Assembly: GCA_002104945.1 (NCBI GenBank)
Contig: MCFH01000004.1
Location: forward strand, 372,001 to 436,000
Source of the DNA: Piromyces finnis finn
Taxonomy: Eukaryota > Fungi > Neocallimastigomycota
Reading direction: 5' to 3'
DNA: 64,000 nucleotides
Shown piece after piece: positions 1-12,905 of the stretch. Each line of letters begins with the position of its first letter. The stretch's first letter is position 1. A program made the position numbers and the translations under genes. A model generated the notes under the pieces. It was not told the DNA's origin. It ran no database searches and worked only from the letters and a program-made list of their open reading frames with translations.

Positions 1-28
1 TTTAAAACAAAAGTTAAAAAAAAAAAAA

Positions 29-1576
29 ATGAATTACTTTTTAAAAGTAACCCATATTGTGGGTTTGACAATGACTCTATTCCATTGTGCATTCGCAAGT
101 TATTATAATATAAACGATATTAAAAATGAAACTCATTGGAAAGAAGTTTCAGTTAGAGAAAACGCTCCTAAATATCTTTCTTTAATCTCTCAAGGATTAT
201 ATGATAAAGACTTAGTTCATAAATACGATACAAACTATTATTATCCAAGTTCAGCTGGTGAAGATGTTGATGTTATTTTTATTAATTCTGATTTTGATTT
301 CCGTGGTTACGAATTTAGTAACGTAGATGAACGTGAAGCAAAATGTATTGCAGAGGTTAAAGATGATGAAGTAGTAAAAATAGATACTCCTTATTGTGGT
401 AGTAATAAAATTTATAGAGGAAGACCAGCAACTTATGTTGTAGGAGGGATTGAACAAGGTGTAGCTAGTCGTGCTAATCTTTATGGTATACTTGTTCCAA
501 TAGATGAAGAAACTCTGGAATATAAAAAATATGATGTATTCAGAGCATTAGAATACATTAATGATAATTTAATTCGTCCTCATAAAACAATTATTCATCT
601 ACCAACAAAACTTTTTGAAAATGAAGTTTATGATTTTTATAGAATTTTTGGAGATATCTTTTACAGTATTTCAAAAAAAGGAGGAATTATTGTTTATCAA
701 GATCATGGTGATGGCTGTGGAATATTGATGAATAGAAATAGTATGGCTGTATTAGCAGGTAGTAATTACATATGTGTTGGTGGAATTTCTAGTGATTATA
801 ATATCAAAAAATATGATTCTAAGTTATATCTTAGAGTAAATCCAAATATTTATGCATTAAATGATATAAATCTTTATGAGTATATTGATGATGAAAAATA
901 TAATATATTTTTTCAATTTTCTTCTTCATCTATTACTACTGGTGTTATTGCAACTATTTTAAGTGAAAATCCTGATAATCAATTCAATACTTACTCAATG
1001 GAACAATATTTAATGGATACAGGAGAAAAAATTAATTATGGATTAAATTATAATTTAGTTAATAATGGTAAACATATCGTCTATTCTCCAGATAATATTT
1101 ATTATGGATGTGGTATTAGTGCAGGAAACTTACCATGCACTACTACCACTACTACCACTACTGAAAATCCTACTGACATCATTACAATAACAACAACTAT
1201 TGAGAAACCTATAACTACTACCACCACAACAACTACCACTACCACTTCCACCACTACTACTACAACTAAAAAAACTACTACCAGAACTACTACTAAGAAA
1301 TCTACAAAGAAGACTACTACTACAACCACTACTAAGAAGTCTACAAAGAAGACTACTACTACTACTAAGAAGTCTACAAAGAAAACTACTACTACTACAA
1401 AGAAATCCACCACTACATCCTCGAAAAATGTTCCAACCTCTACTGTTACAGGAAAGTGTGGTTCAGGTTATGGAGCTTGTAAATCAGGCTATTGCTGTAG
1501 TAAATACGGTTATTGTGGAACATCCTCTGAATATTGTAAAAGCGGTTGTCAACCAAAATATGGATTATGCAAATAG
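29..1576 (+). CDS. Secreted subtilisin (S8)-like protein, probably inactive, with Thr/Lys-rich linker and C-terminal CBM18 (hevein-type chitin-binding) module
   Basis: 515-aa single-exon ORF with an N-terminal hydrophobic signal. It has S8 fold landmarks (AGEDVDVIFI, GVASRANLYGI, YICVGGI, TGVIATILSENP) and a poly-Thr/TTKKSTKK linker at about 1139-1445. The CBM18 pattern CGSGYGACKSGYCCSKYGYCGTSSEYCKSGCQPKYGLC lies at 1457-1570. Confidence 0.85.
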   Translation: MNYFLKVTHIVGLTMTLFHCAFASYYNINDIKNETHWKEVSVRENAPKYLSLISQGLYDKDLVHKYDTNYYYPSSAGEDVDVIFINSDFDFRGYEFSNVDEREAKCIAEVKDDEVVKIDTPYCGSNKIYRGRPATYVVGGIEQGVASRANLYGILVPIDEETLEYKKYDVFRALEYINDNLIRPHKTIIHLPTKLFENEVYDFYRIFGDIFYSISKKGGIIVYQDHGDGCGILMNRNSMAVLAGSNYICVGGISSDYNIKKYDSKLYLRVNPNIYALNDINLYEYIDDEKYNIFFQFSSSSITTGVIATILSENPDNQFNTYSMEQYLMDTGEKINYGLNYNLVNNGKHIVYSPDNIYYGCGISAGNLPCTTTTTTTTENPTDIITITTTIEKPITTTTTTTTTTTSTTTTTTKKTTTRTTTKKSTKKTTTTTTTKKSTKKTTTTTKKSTKKTTTTTKKSTTTSSKNVPTSTVTGKCGSGYGACKSGYCCSKYGYCGTSSEYCKSGCQPKYGLCK

Positions 1577-1751
1577 AGGAATTATTATATGAATAAAAGA
1601 TAAGTTAAACAATAAAGAAAAAAAAATAATAAATAAATAAATAAAAAATAAAAAAATAAAAAATAAATAAACTTATTGATAATCAAATATAAGAGTTAAA
1701 AATTATATTTAAATAAAAGAATTAATAAAAAATTATTCTAAATAATTAGTG

Positions 1752-1896
1752 TAATTATAAAAATTAATAACATTATAAAAGTCTGGCTAAAATTCAGGCA
1801 GAGGTTGAATTTCTTCTGGCTGGAAATTCTGGCTAAATACTTCCAAAATCTAGGATAAGTTATAAATCATAATTATAAAAATTAATAACATTATAA
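1752..1896. repeat. 27-bp direct repeat flanking a 91-bp GC-richer segment
   Basis: taattataaaaattaataacattataa occurs at 1752-1778 and 1870-1896. The segment between them carries repeated ctggctaaa-type motifs. Confidence 0.7.
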
Positions 1897-2920
1897 TATT
1901 ATGTAAAAATAAATATTTAATATTTAGATATAATTATTTTATTCTTTTATAAGATAATTAATAGGATATATTTATGATAGTAAATGAGATATAGTTTCTA
2001 TATTTTGTAAAATATATTAATGATTACATTATATTTATCTAATAATATTCTCAAAAATAAAAGATATTTAATATTTAAGCCTGGCAATTAAATCTGTTAA
2101 CACTTTTACAACCTGTTTTTTTATCTTTTGTTTTATTATTAAATATTTATTTTATTTTATTTATACCAATATTTTTAAATAAAAAATTTAATTATTTTTG
2201 TACAATATTTAATATATATAAACTTTTGTTTAATATATAAATATTAAAAAAAGTAATATTTAAATAGATATTTAATTTAAAATAAATTAATTTTTTATAA
2301 TTGTATTATGGATGTCTAACATTAAATAAACTTTAATTAATAATAAAATTAACAATTATTGATACAAATAATACTAGATTAGATGAAATATGCTGAGAAT
2401 AATTAATCTTATTTATTATTATTTTATTTAAAAATATATGACTGCCGTTATAAATTCTTATAATTTATTACTTTTATTTTATTATTAATATTATTAATAT
2501 TATTTTATTTTTAAATAACAGTATACTTATGCCTGTTACCTTTTTGTTTTTTATAACATTAATATTATTGAAAACTTTTTATAGAATTTTTAAAATTACT
2601 GATGATTAGTAACGTTTATATTAAAAAAAAAAAAACTATTAAAATACTTATAATTGATTATATTTGATATATAAAGAAATATTATTTTTATGGTTTTTTT
2701 TTTAATTTAATAAAAATATATTTTGTATAACAAAAAAAAAAGTTTAATTATTAATAAATATATAAAAATATATAAAAACATAAAGTAGAAAATTAAAAAA
2801 TTTAAACATAAAAAAAAAAAAAAAACTTGCAAATCTCGTTAAAAACAAATTACATTGAAATTAATATTTTATACATATTTATTTATTTTTATATATATAT
2901 ATAATAAAATTTTCTTAAGA

Positions 2921-3631
2921 ATGATAATACTTATGAAGTTACTTGTTTTAATTATTTTTACTTTTGTATGTGTAAATAATAAAGTTGTTAAAAGAGAAGT
3001 TCAACTTGATATCAATGAAAATAATGCAATGGCAGATCAGGAATGTCAGTATGATTTAAGTAATTCAGTTGAATATAGAGATTGTTTCTTACCAACTATC
3101 ACAAAAGAAAATTATAAAGAATTATGTATAGTATTAAATTCAACAAAATGTCAACAATTTTATAATGATCCAATGTTCTACTTACCAAATTGCATTGATG
3201 ACTATCAAATATCTGAACTTTTAAGTCCAACGATCATAAGTAGTACGCTATCTTCTATTCATTTAATTTGTCAAACGGATGAGCAAAATAATTTATGTCC
3301 AATTGCAGAAGCTTTACTTAACAATCAAAATTTAAAAGAAAAAACTATTAAAAAGACTTGCGCATCAAAAAATTGTATTAATGCTGCTATTCAAGTTTAT
3401 TCTTCCCTTCAAACAAATCTAAATGATTTTGAAAATTTATCTATCACCACGGGTAGTAACGACGACTCTTCAAAAAATAATATTGTTACTGTTATGGACT
3501 ATTTAAATTCTCAAGAATGTCAAAACTATAAAAGTAATAAAGGTGATAGTAATGAAAGTAGCTCTACCAACCTAAAAATAAGCTATTCAATATTTATTTC
3601 TTTGGGAATATTATTATTTTTCATATATTAA
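2921..3631 (+). CDS. Secreted 10-Cys protein with predicted GPI anchor, paralog 1 (family unnamed)
   Basis: Likely start is the ATG at 2921 or 2933, followed by a signal peptide. There are 10 Cys in the same spacing as 10965 and 20751 (KCQQFYNDP..YLPNC, C.TDE..NLCPIA, TC.SK.C, YLNSQEC). The C-terminus is a Ser/Asn-rich spacer plus a hydrophobic tail. Confidence 0.85.
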   Translation: MIILMKLLVLIIFTFVCVNNKVVKREVQLDINENNAMADQECQYDLSNSVEYRDCFLPTITKENYKELCIVLNSTKCQQFYNDPMFYLPNCIDDYQISELLSPTIISSTLSSIHLICQTDEQNNLCPIAEALLNNQNLKEKTIKKTCASKNCINAAIQVYSSLQTNLNDFENLSITTGSNDDSSKNNIVTVMDYLNSQECQNYKSNKGDSNESSSTNLKISYSIFISLGILLFFIY

Positions 3632-4684
3632 ATAATTTGATAATATTCCATGGAAGGGAAAAGAAAAATTATAAATAAATAAAAAGTTTTAAAAGAAACA
3701 AATAAATAATATTTAACCAAAAAAGTAAATAAAAAAAAAGTGAACAATTAATAATCAAAATATAAATACAAAATTAATTTATTTCAACAGATTTGATTAA
3801 AGAATTTAATAATTATATAAATCAGTAATTTAAAAAAAAAAAATAAAATAATTCAATATAAAATAAAATATATTTAAATAAACAATAATAATAATAATAA
3901 CAAGAAAAATAACAGAATTACTATCAAAAAATAAGAATTTAATTTTTAATTAAGTTATGTATAACAAAGCTGATGGATAAATTTAATTGAAAGTAAAAAA
4001 TTATAGAATTAAAAATATGTAATATATAATATTTTCGATAAAACCTGCTTTAAAAATATTAATAAAGAAGTAATAATAAAAATTTAAATAATAATAATAA
4101 TAAATAGTAATATTATTATTATCATATAATCATTATATATTATATGAACTAAATACTACTTTTTTTTTAAAAATTTACAAAAGCTATTATAATAATTGTA
4201 AAAAATGTAATTATAATTTATATAAAACTATTTATCTATAATATATATATCTATTGATATATTGTAATAAATACAAATGTTTTTTTTTTTTTTTTAAAAA
4301 AACAAGTGTATGAATAATTAATTAATTGTTATTCTTTTTTATTTTATAATTGTAAGGTTGAGTGGTTTCATTATATTAAGAATATATATAAAGAAAAGAA
4401 ATGAAATAATCTTTTTTTTTATATGTATTATTAATATTTTAATCTTCCTATTATTACATACTAAATTATATTTATAATAAAACAACTAATAGATATTTAA
4501 CTTAAATAATTAATACTCTATAATACTTATGTATTATCTTAAGTAGTTTGGTTCATTTTTTAAAAGGAATATTCATATAGATAAATATATAATATTTCAC
4601 TTTTTTTTTTTTAAAAAAAGTATATATACAACTTTAATTTTATTAATTTTATTAACCATATTATTTATATTATTGTTATTTTCC

Positions 4685-4725
<41 letters not shown>

Positions 4726-4907
4726 GGATATTAGAAATATAGAATAAGAAAAAAAAAAAAGACATATATATAATTAATTGTTATTATGTTTATGAAAAAA
4801 AAGAAAGTGCAATAAATAATAATTATCATTATTAAGTTTTTTTTATAATTGAAACTAAATAGAAATATTACAACAGAAAAAATAGGAATGTAATAAAAAA
4901 AATAATA

Positions 4908-7900
4908 ATGTGTTTATATCAAAAGTATTTATTCATAATTGTTTTTTATTTTTGTATACTAAAAATAAATGCATTAGAATATATTATAAAGTATAATGAT
5001 ACCATTTTTAATAATTTACAAGATTTTATTAAAGAGCATTTATATTATAAGGAGTTAGTTTTATATTTTGAAGATGATTATTATGATTTTTCACAATTTA
5101 AAAGTACAATTGATATAACAGTACAGACAGATATAACGTTTAGAGGAAATGAAAATGGAACTGTATTCGATTTTAAAAAAATACCAAGAGGAAGATTATA
5201 TTTTTTTTATGAAGGAAAGGGAGAGACTGTGAATATAGAAAATATTTCATTTGAAAATTATAGTTCAGCTGGTCTTTATGATGTAGAAATGATTCTTTTA
5301 AATGTATCATCAGATAATTATAACTTTAAAATAAATAATTGCATCTTTCAAAATAATAATCATAGATTATTAAGAATAGACGCGGCAATACAAAAACCAA
5401 CTCGTACTACACCATCCATCATAATTAATAATTGCAAATTTTAGTATGCTTTTTTTTTCTTTCTTTCTTTTAATTTTATAATCACAGTTATTTATATAAT
5501 TTTTTAATAAAAAAAAAAAAAAGAAAAATAGATAATTTAGTAATCAAATAATAACAAAATAATTTTTTCAATGGTTTTTTCTTTAATTAGTAACAATATG
5601 GAAGGGATTTTAAGAATAGGTCGATATACTTATACAACTACCGATGAGTTATTTAAAACTATTATTATAGAATTAAATAACAATACCTTTATAAACAATA
5701 GAGGTTTATTTTTATTAAAATTTTCACACCTAACAATAAATAATTGTAAAAATCATTATAATTTTAATAATATAAAAAATCATATCCTTAATTCTCAAAA
5801 TAATAATAATATATTATATATATATACATATACATACATATGATTTGTAAAAAAAGGTTATTTTAATACAATTGAAAGAAATTCAATGAATAATGAAGAT
5901 ATAGTATTTATACGATCAGTTGAATCGCAAGATAATGTTACTATTATTAATTCAATATTCGAAGATATTTATGTTAAAGATTTATTTCCATTAATCACTG
6001 TAGAAAATATGAACTTTAAGTAATATAATTATATTTATCATCATATAATTTATTTTATATCTAATTTAAATAATTAAACCTCTATTAATATATTATTAAT
6101 ATATTATCTATTATATTATTCATCCTATTGACATATTAAATTTTAAATAAAAAATGATAATTACAATATATGTATAAAAGAGTGGAAAATACACATTTTT
6201 CAAATTGTAAATCATCCTTTGGATACTTATTTTATATAAGAAATAAAGAAAATTTAAAATTAAATAATAAAGATCTAACTATTTGGTTTAAAAATACTAC
6301 ATTTCAAAGTAATTTAATTTCTTCAGTTTAATTTGCTTATTACAGAATTATTTATATCAATAATAATTATTAATAACATATTTGTATATACACATAAATG
6401 AATATACATAATATATTTAGATACAAGCTCATTATTTCATGGAGATGGAAATAAATATTTAATTGAAAAATCTATATTTAAAGATTATGATGTAAAAAAA
6501 CCATTTTTGGCAGTATCCGATTCAAAAAATTCCAAATTTTCAATAATTGACACTCATTTTTATAATATAAAGTATAAATGAAATGCTATAAATTAATATT
6601 TTATAAAATATATTTAATTTAAAATATATTATTATTATTTTTTAATTTTCCTTTTTCTATATAGCTTATCCAACAGTTTATTTATAGAAGATTCCTCATA
6701 TTATTTTACGAATGTTACTTTAAAAAATATTAAATCCAATTCAAAGGCAATATTTTATTTTTATCAAAGAAATGTAGAAATTAATGGTATGATAGTAGAG
6801 GATATTCAATGTGCCGGTGATAAATCATCCTTTTTAGTATTCGATTCTGGAGACACCAAAAGAACAATTAGTGTTAATAATTTATCAATAAATAATGGAA
6901 TATCTAATAATTCATTTATTCTAATTAAAGGTGAGAATATCGAATTTCAGCTTAATAACTCTGAAATACATAATATAAAATCCTATGGTTCTATCATTGA
7001 AAATCAATTGAAACAAGTAAATAAGAAAAAAATTTAATTTTTATAATTTTTTATTTTGGAAATATATATATATCAATTATTTATAATTTATATTTTTATA
7101 TATAGCATAATTATTAATTTCTTCTAATGTTATTTATTTTTAATAATGATAGTCCAACATTTCAATTTCTAATATAAATTTCAAGAATAATAAAAATATT
7201 AATAAGTTTGAATGTGGAAATATATATTTTAGTAATGATATATCAATTTTAATTGAAAATTCAACGTTTTCTGAAAATATATGTTATAGTAACGGTGGTG
7301 CTATGTAAACATAATTTTTAATATATATAATATATAATATAATATAATATAATATATAATTTTGACTGACATTATTTATTTCAATTATTTAATATAACTT
7401 CCAACGATATAATTATATCATTAGCTGTTTTGATAGTATTTCAAATATGAATTTTAAATTAATCTCAAATCAATTTTATGATAATAAAGCCAAAAATGGA
7501 GGCGCTTTATATATATCGGATAATAGAAACTTAAATAATAATGAAGATATGGAGATTATTTTCGAAAATAATATTTTTGAAAAAAATTCCGCAAAGGATT
7601 TTGGTGGAGCAATTTATTCTGATTTTAGTAAATTATATTTAGTTTCATCAAAAAATAATAGTTTTATTTATAATAATTCTGGTGTTAGAGGTGGTGGAAT
7701 TTATTTGTTAAGCACTATTGATAAAGATTTATTTAATTTGAAGAATTCCTATTTCAATAATAATTCCGTGAGTAATCTAATTGATGATTTCAGTACTAGA
7801 CCATCATATATAGTATTAAATACAAATAGAAAGGATGAAATTTTAAATATTGATAGTCAAGTTTACTTTCCCTTAACATTTACATTGTATGACGGATTTG

Positions 7901-9122
7901 GAAATATTTTTACCGATGTTAATAAATATTTCTATACTATATTAACATTGAAATTAGAAATAAAAAAAATAAATGAGAATAATGAAAATTATGAAGATGA
8001 CGAAAATTATTATATAATAGGAAATACTGGAACATTTGTTAATGGTAATTTAAAAAAAAAAATATAATAATTACTTAAATCTTTTAGTGTATAAATATCA
8101 AATTCTCTCTTATAAACATTATTCGTATTTACTTATTTTTTAATTAATAAAAAATAGGAATATGTGAATTAAATAATTTTAAAATATTTGCCAATCCAGA
8201 TAAATATGAATTAATTCCAAAAATTGAAAATTATGATAAAGACATACAGTTTAAATTTAATAATTTAAAAGTTTCAATTAATGATTGTAAAGAGAATCAA
8301 ATAAAAATGATTGATAAAAAAAGTAGAATTCAATATTGTGAGAATGCAAAATGTCTTGATAATTGTCCTATTGATATTACAGCAAAATGTATTCCATATT
8401 TAAAAGAATCCATAAATGATATTAATATGAATATATGTGAATGTTTACCGGGATGGGGTGGAATTAACTGTGGAGATAAAATATTTCTTAAGTCTGGGTA
8501 ATATAATGAAACACCAATTATATACGTATATTAGATATAAGATTAAAGAAAAAATAATAATAAATTCACTTACTTTATTTTTTATTTTTTTTTTTACTTA
8601 TAATTATTAATTGAAATAAACCTTTTATATATATACATTTATATAATCAAGTGAATTTGATAAATATATATTACTATTTTTCTTTATTCCATTAATAGTT
8701 TTTATATTAGGCTATTTAATATTTATAATCATCAATAGAAAACAAAATATAATTAATGATAATGGGATTAATAAAATATTATTATTAAATTTTGGTTTAA
8801 TATTCTATATTATTGGAGAAATGTTTAATTCATATACTTCCTATTTTGATTGTGCATTAAATTTTTCGTTTAAACATTTTGGAAGTACACTAGTATTAAT
8901 AATTTGTTATTTCTATATTTCATTAGGATATGAATTAGGTATTCCAAAAGTTGTTACTGAAAAAAAAGAAGATAATTTCAATTTTATGAATACCTTTTCA
9001 TTGGAAACTATGTCATCTGATAATTCCTTAAATTCAGATTTTTTGTATATTTCAAAGCTTTCTATAAATGGCTCATTAAAGAGTTCAAATTCATTTAATG
9101 TGCTAAACAATACAAATAATGA

Positions 9123-9161
<39 letters not shown>

Positions 9162-10176
9162 TTTTAAAGAAAATTCAATTCGATCAAGTTCAAAATTTAA
9201 TATTACTGATAGTAGACTTCCATCTTTTGAAAATGATATTCTTTTTGGAAAAGTAAAATTTTCAATTAACAAGTTATGTACTGAAGATTATTCTAAAAAT
9301 GAATCAATGAAAATAGCAGTAATAGATCAAGGTATAAAGAATTCTGTTGCTGACATAAATAAAGAAAAAACGAAAAATATCATTAAACGGAATGTTAAAA
9401 GAGCTCATACAATATTTCTAGAAATATTAATTCTCTATCCATTATCAATTTTATTTACTGTATTAATTTTAGTACTAAATAAATATACTGACGAAAATAA
9501 TATTATTCAAAGTGTTGATGGTAAATGGAATTATCAATGTAAACTTGAAAATGCTAATTTAGTTTACAATTCCCTTGAGTTTTTAATATTAATATTAATA
9601 TTAAACAAAGGAAAGTATGTTGTTTCCTACGAATATGTATTTAAATGTACCAAATATATTGTATATTCTTCCATTATATTAATCGTTTGTGGGCCGGCAG
9701 TTAATGTATGACAAATTAATATATATATGATAACATAAATTTTTTTTTTTTACTATTTAATATGAAGTATTTTAACAATTTTATCTTTATTATATATATA
9801 TAAATATAAACAGATTATTGGTTTTGTTTTTTTAAATGATCAAGCATATTCTCGATCTATTTTCGAAAAAATACTTAATTCAGTTAGTGTACTTGTTATT
9901 TTCATTTTATTTTCATGGGATAAATTATATTATATTCTTAAAAGTGAAGGAAATATTCAACGGAATTATTTTAGAGTTACAAAATATAATAGATGTATTT
10001 TACATAATAGTAGATATTGCGGTTGTAGACTTGAAAAATCAGATGAAAATATTGATATTATTATTAAAAGGTATATTCAATATTATAAATATTGTTCAAC
10101 TATACTTATAATGAAAAATGGAAAATTATCTTATTTAACAATAAAATCTAAAACGAGTATACTACAACAAGACTAA
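4908..10176 (+). CDS. Multi-exon receptor: beta-helix (pectin-lyase-like) ectodomain, EGF-like domain, 7TM (divergent class C GPCR-like)
   Basis: It has a signal peptide and repeated NCIFQNN / GGA(L/I)Y strand motifs (7447-8046). The EGF-like CECLPGWGGINC is at about 8385-8475. Seven hydrophobic segments lie at about 8660-9930, with Cys at the top of TM3 (DCAL) and in ECL2 (YQCK). GT-AG junctions read in frame (e.g. 5443/5591, 5745/5857, last exon 9814-10176). Not all internal exons were verified. Confidence 0.8.
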
Positions 10177-10964
10177 AGTACTAATTATTTAAGAAACTTT
10201 TTCAATATGTATATATATTTAAGCTTTATTACTATTCTGATTGTAGATATATTAATATATACACTTATATCTTAATATAAATTTATGTTAATAATTACAA
10301 ATGTTTTTTTTTTTAAAGATTATAATTTAATCAATAGTTATTATTTATTATACTAGAATACTAAATAAAAAAAAAAAAAACATTTATATTGTTTGATGAA
10401 TATCATAAAAGTAAAATAAAGAAAAAAAAAACTTTAAATTAAAACATTTTAATATATTTAACTTTTATTTAAAAAAAAAAAAAAAAAAAAAAAGAAGCGT
10501 TATTAAAAATATAGCATAACGATACTACTTTCAGTAATAAAAAATTATAGGTTAACGAAATAATATTATTACCAAAAAAATATCGTATAAATTAAAGTAC
10601 CCTTTTTCTGGTAAATTTATTTTTCTATAAATTAAAGTTTGTAACCAAAATGTAATTTTTTGTTAATCAATGTAATTAAATACCAATATAATTGGTTAAT
10701 ACTAATATACACCGTACATCTAAAAAGTTTTATTTTTTAAAAAAGAAGGAAAAAAAAAGGCAACACCTTTTCAAATCATAAATTAATAATACATTTTAAT
10801 TTTAATAAATATTTTATTTTTTGAATATTCTTTCTATTTCTTATCCTTTTAATTGTATATCATAACAAATATATATATTCTCTTGTCGAAATATAATAAA
10901 ATTAATTAGTTATTTTAATAAGTGAAGCATAAATATTATATAAAAATAACAAAAAATAAAAAAA

Positions 10965-11693
10965 ATGAAATTAGCAAATCAAATACTGTTGTTATTTTTA
11001 GTAGTTACAACAGCTTTATCAAGTACTTTTAGTGATATATCATTTAATATTAATTTTAATGCTATGCAAATAGCTCCAGAATGTCAAAGAGATATAGATG
11101 AATATAAACCTTGTTTTACTTTATTTAATTACAGCAATAAAACTAATATTACTAAAGAAGCATGTAATGTTATTTACAATGAACAATGCCAGGAATTTTA
11201 TGAAGAACCATTTTATTTTATGCCAAATTGTATAGATTATCATGATATTGAAGAAGTTTTGGATCATTCTGTTATTAATATAATTTTATCTCGAGTAAAT
11301 TCAGGTTGTAAAACAGATGAAAATGGTAAATTATGTCCAATAGCAAATACATATTCTAACGGCGAAAGTATTTCTCAAACATATGGTGCTCTTTTTGAAG
11401 CAACCTGCAAATCCCCAAAATGTACTACAGCACTTATTGATATATTAACAGGAGAATTGAAATATGCTGCAGCTGCTGAAGCTTTGTCAATTACTTCAGG
11501 AAATTTAGATGCAAGTACTACTTCAGTTATGAAGAGATTGTTAGAAGATTTAAATTCAGATAAATGTAGTATTGGCAATTCAGAAATAAATAATATGAAA
11601 AATTCAAATGAAGAAAGTGACTTTGTTCCAATTAAAATAAAAAACACTTTAATAGTAATTACCTTATTTTTAACATTTACATTATTATTTTAA
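10965..11693 (+). CDS. Secreted 10-Cys protein with predicted GPI anchor, paralog 2
   Basis: 242-aa single exon with a signal peptide, the same 10-Cys spacing (EQCQEFYEEP..FMPNC, CKTDENGKLCPIA, TCKSPKC) and a hydrophobic C-terminus. Confidence 0.88.
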   Translation: MKLANQILLLFLVVTTALSSTFSDISFNINFNAMQIAPECQRDIDEYKPCFTLFNYSNKTNITKEACNVIYNEQCQEFYEEPFYFMPNCIDYHDIEEVLDHSVINIILSRVNSGCKTDENGKLCPIANTYSNGESISQTYGALFEATCKSPKCTTALIDILTGELKYAAAAEALSITSGNLDASTTSVMKRLLEDLNSDKCSIGNSEINNMKNSNEESDFVPIKIKNTLIVITLFLTFTLLF

Positions 11694-12905
11694 TTTATCA
11701 ATCTAATTGAATATGATTAAAAAAAATAAAGGTAATAAATAAAATATTCATATAAATAAAATAATATATATTCGAAAAAATCATTTTTAAATATAAATAT
11801 AAATTTAAAATAACGCAACCAATAATTATATATATAAATTAGATTGAAATGGTTGTTTTTTACTTAACAATTTTTTTTTCTTTTTTTTTTTTTTACAAAT
11901 ATTATAATCTAAAAATATTAAATAATTTACAAAACCTTATTAAACATATCGCCTAGAATTACATTACAATTTTATCAAATTTTAATTTAATTTCAAATTT
12001 CAAAAAAAAAATAAACAATAATAAAATTTTTTAATTAATATTAAAATTAATAAGACTTTTTCTATTTAATTATCTTTAACCATACCATGTTATACAAAAT
12101 AGCTATTATATTAAACCATAAAATAAATCTATTAATATTATAATTATTAGCTATTATTATTATTATTTTTTTGTAAAATATCTTTTTTTTTTTTTTATCA
12201 AACTAATCATTTAATAAACTAAAATAAATACTTATTAATAAAAAATAATTATATTTAAAAACATCTTTAATATTTTTTAAATTTAATGTTTCAATTTTGA
12301 ATGTATTTTTTTAAACTGAAAAAAAAAAAAAAATTTTTTTTTTGTTTCTTTTTAATTTTATGGTGGACAAAATAATTAAAATATATTGAAAAATAAGGTA
12401 AAAAAAAAAAAAAAAGTTAACCTTTATGAAATAATAATTTATAAATTGGTTAGTATTTTAAAGTTTTTTTTTTTTAAAAAAAAAAAAGGGAAAAATTAAA
12501 AAGATGAGAATAAATTAATAGAGCTATTTCATTTCAACAAGTAACTCGCATTTCTATCAATCTCTTTTATTGTTACTAATATTTAACAAATTGGGAATTA
12601 TTATAAGCAAGCAATCTCTCCGTTTTATATTAATAATGTTAAATTGTTCCTAAACTTTAATTTTATTTATTAGAATTCTTTAATTCTACTTTTTTTTTTT
12701 TTTTTTTTATTTTTTCAAAATATTTTTATATACTAGAATTAAACTTTATATAATTTAAATAGTTTTTAGGATTAAAGCATTTATACCTTTTTAAAAGTGT
12801 AAATATAAAATAGGTAGTTTCATAATACAAGGGAAATAATTTAATTGTTAAATGTTTTCAAAATTTATTTATTTAATTAAAAAATTACGAAAAATCACAT
12901 AGAAA

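Noticed and set aside
5443-5591. Apparent frameshift or stop at the first intron of receptor 1
   Set aside because: The acceptors at 5531 and 5540 give stops. The AG at 5589-5590 has a better pyrimidine tract and restores the frame (NCKF-Y-NNMEGILR), so no lesion is needed.
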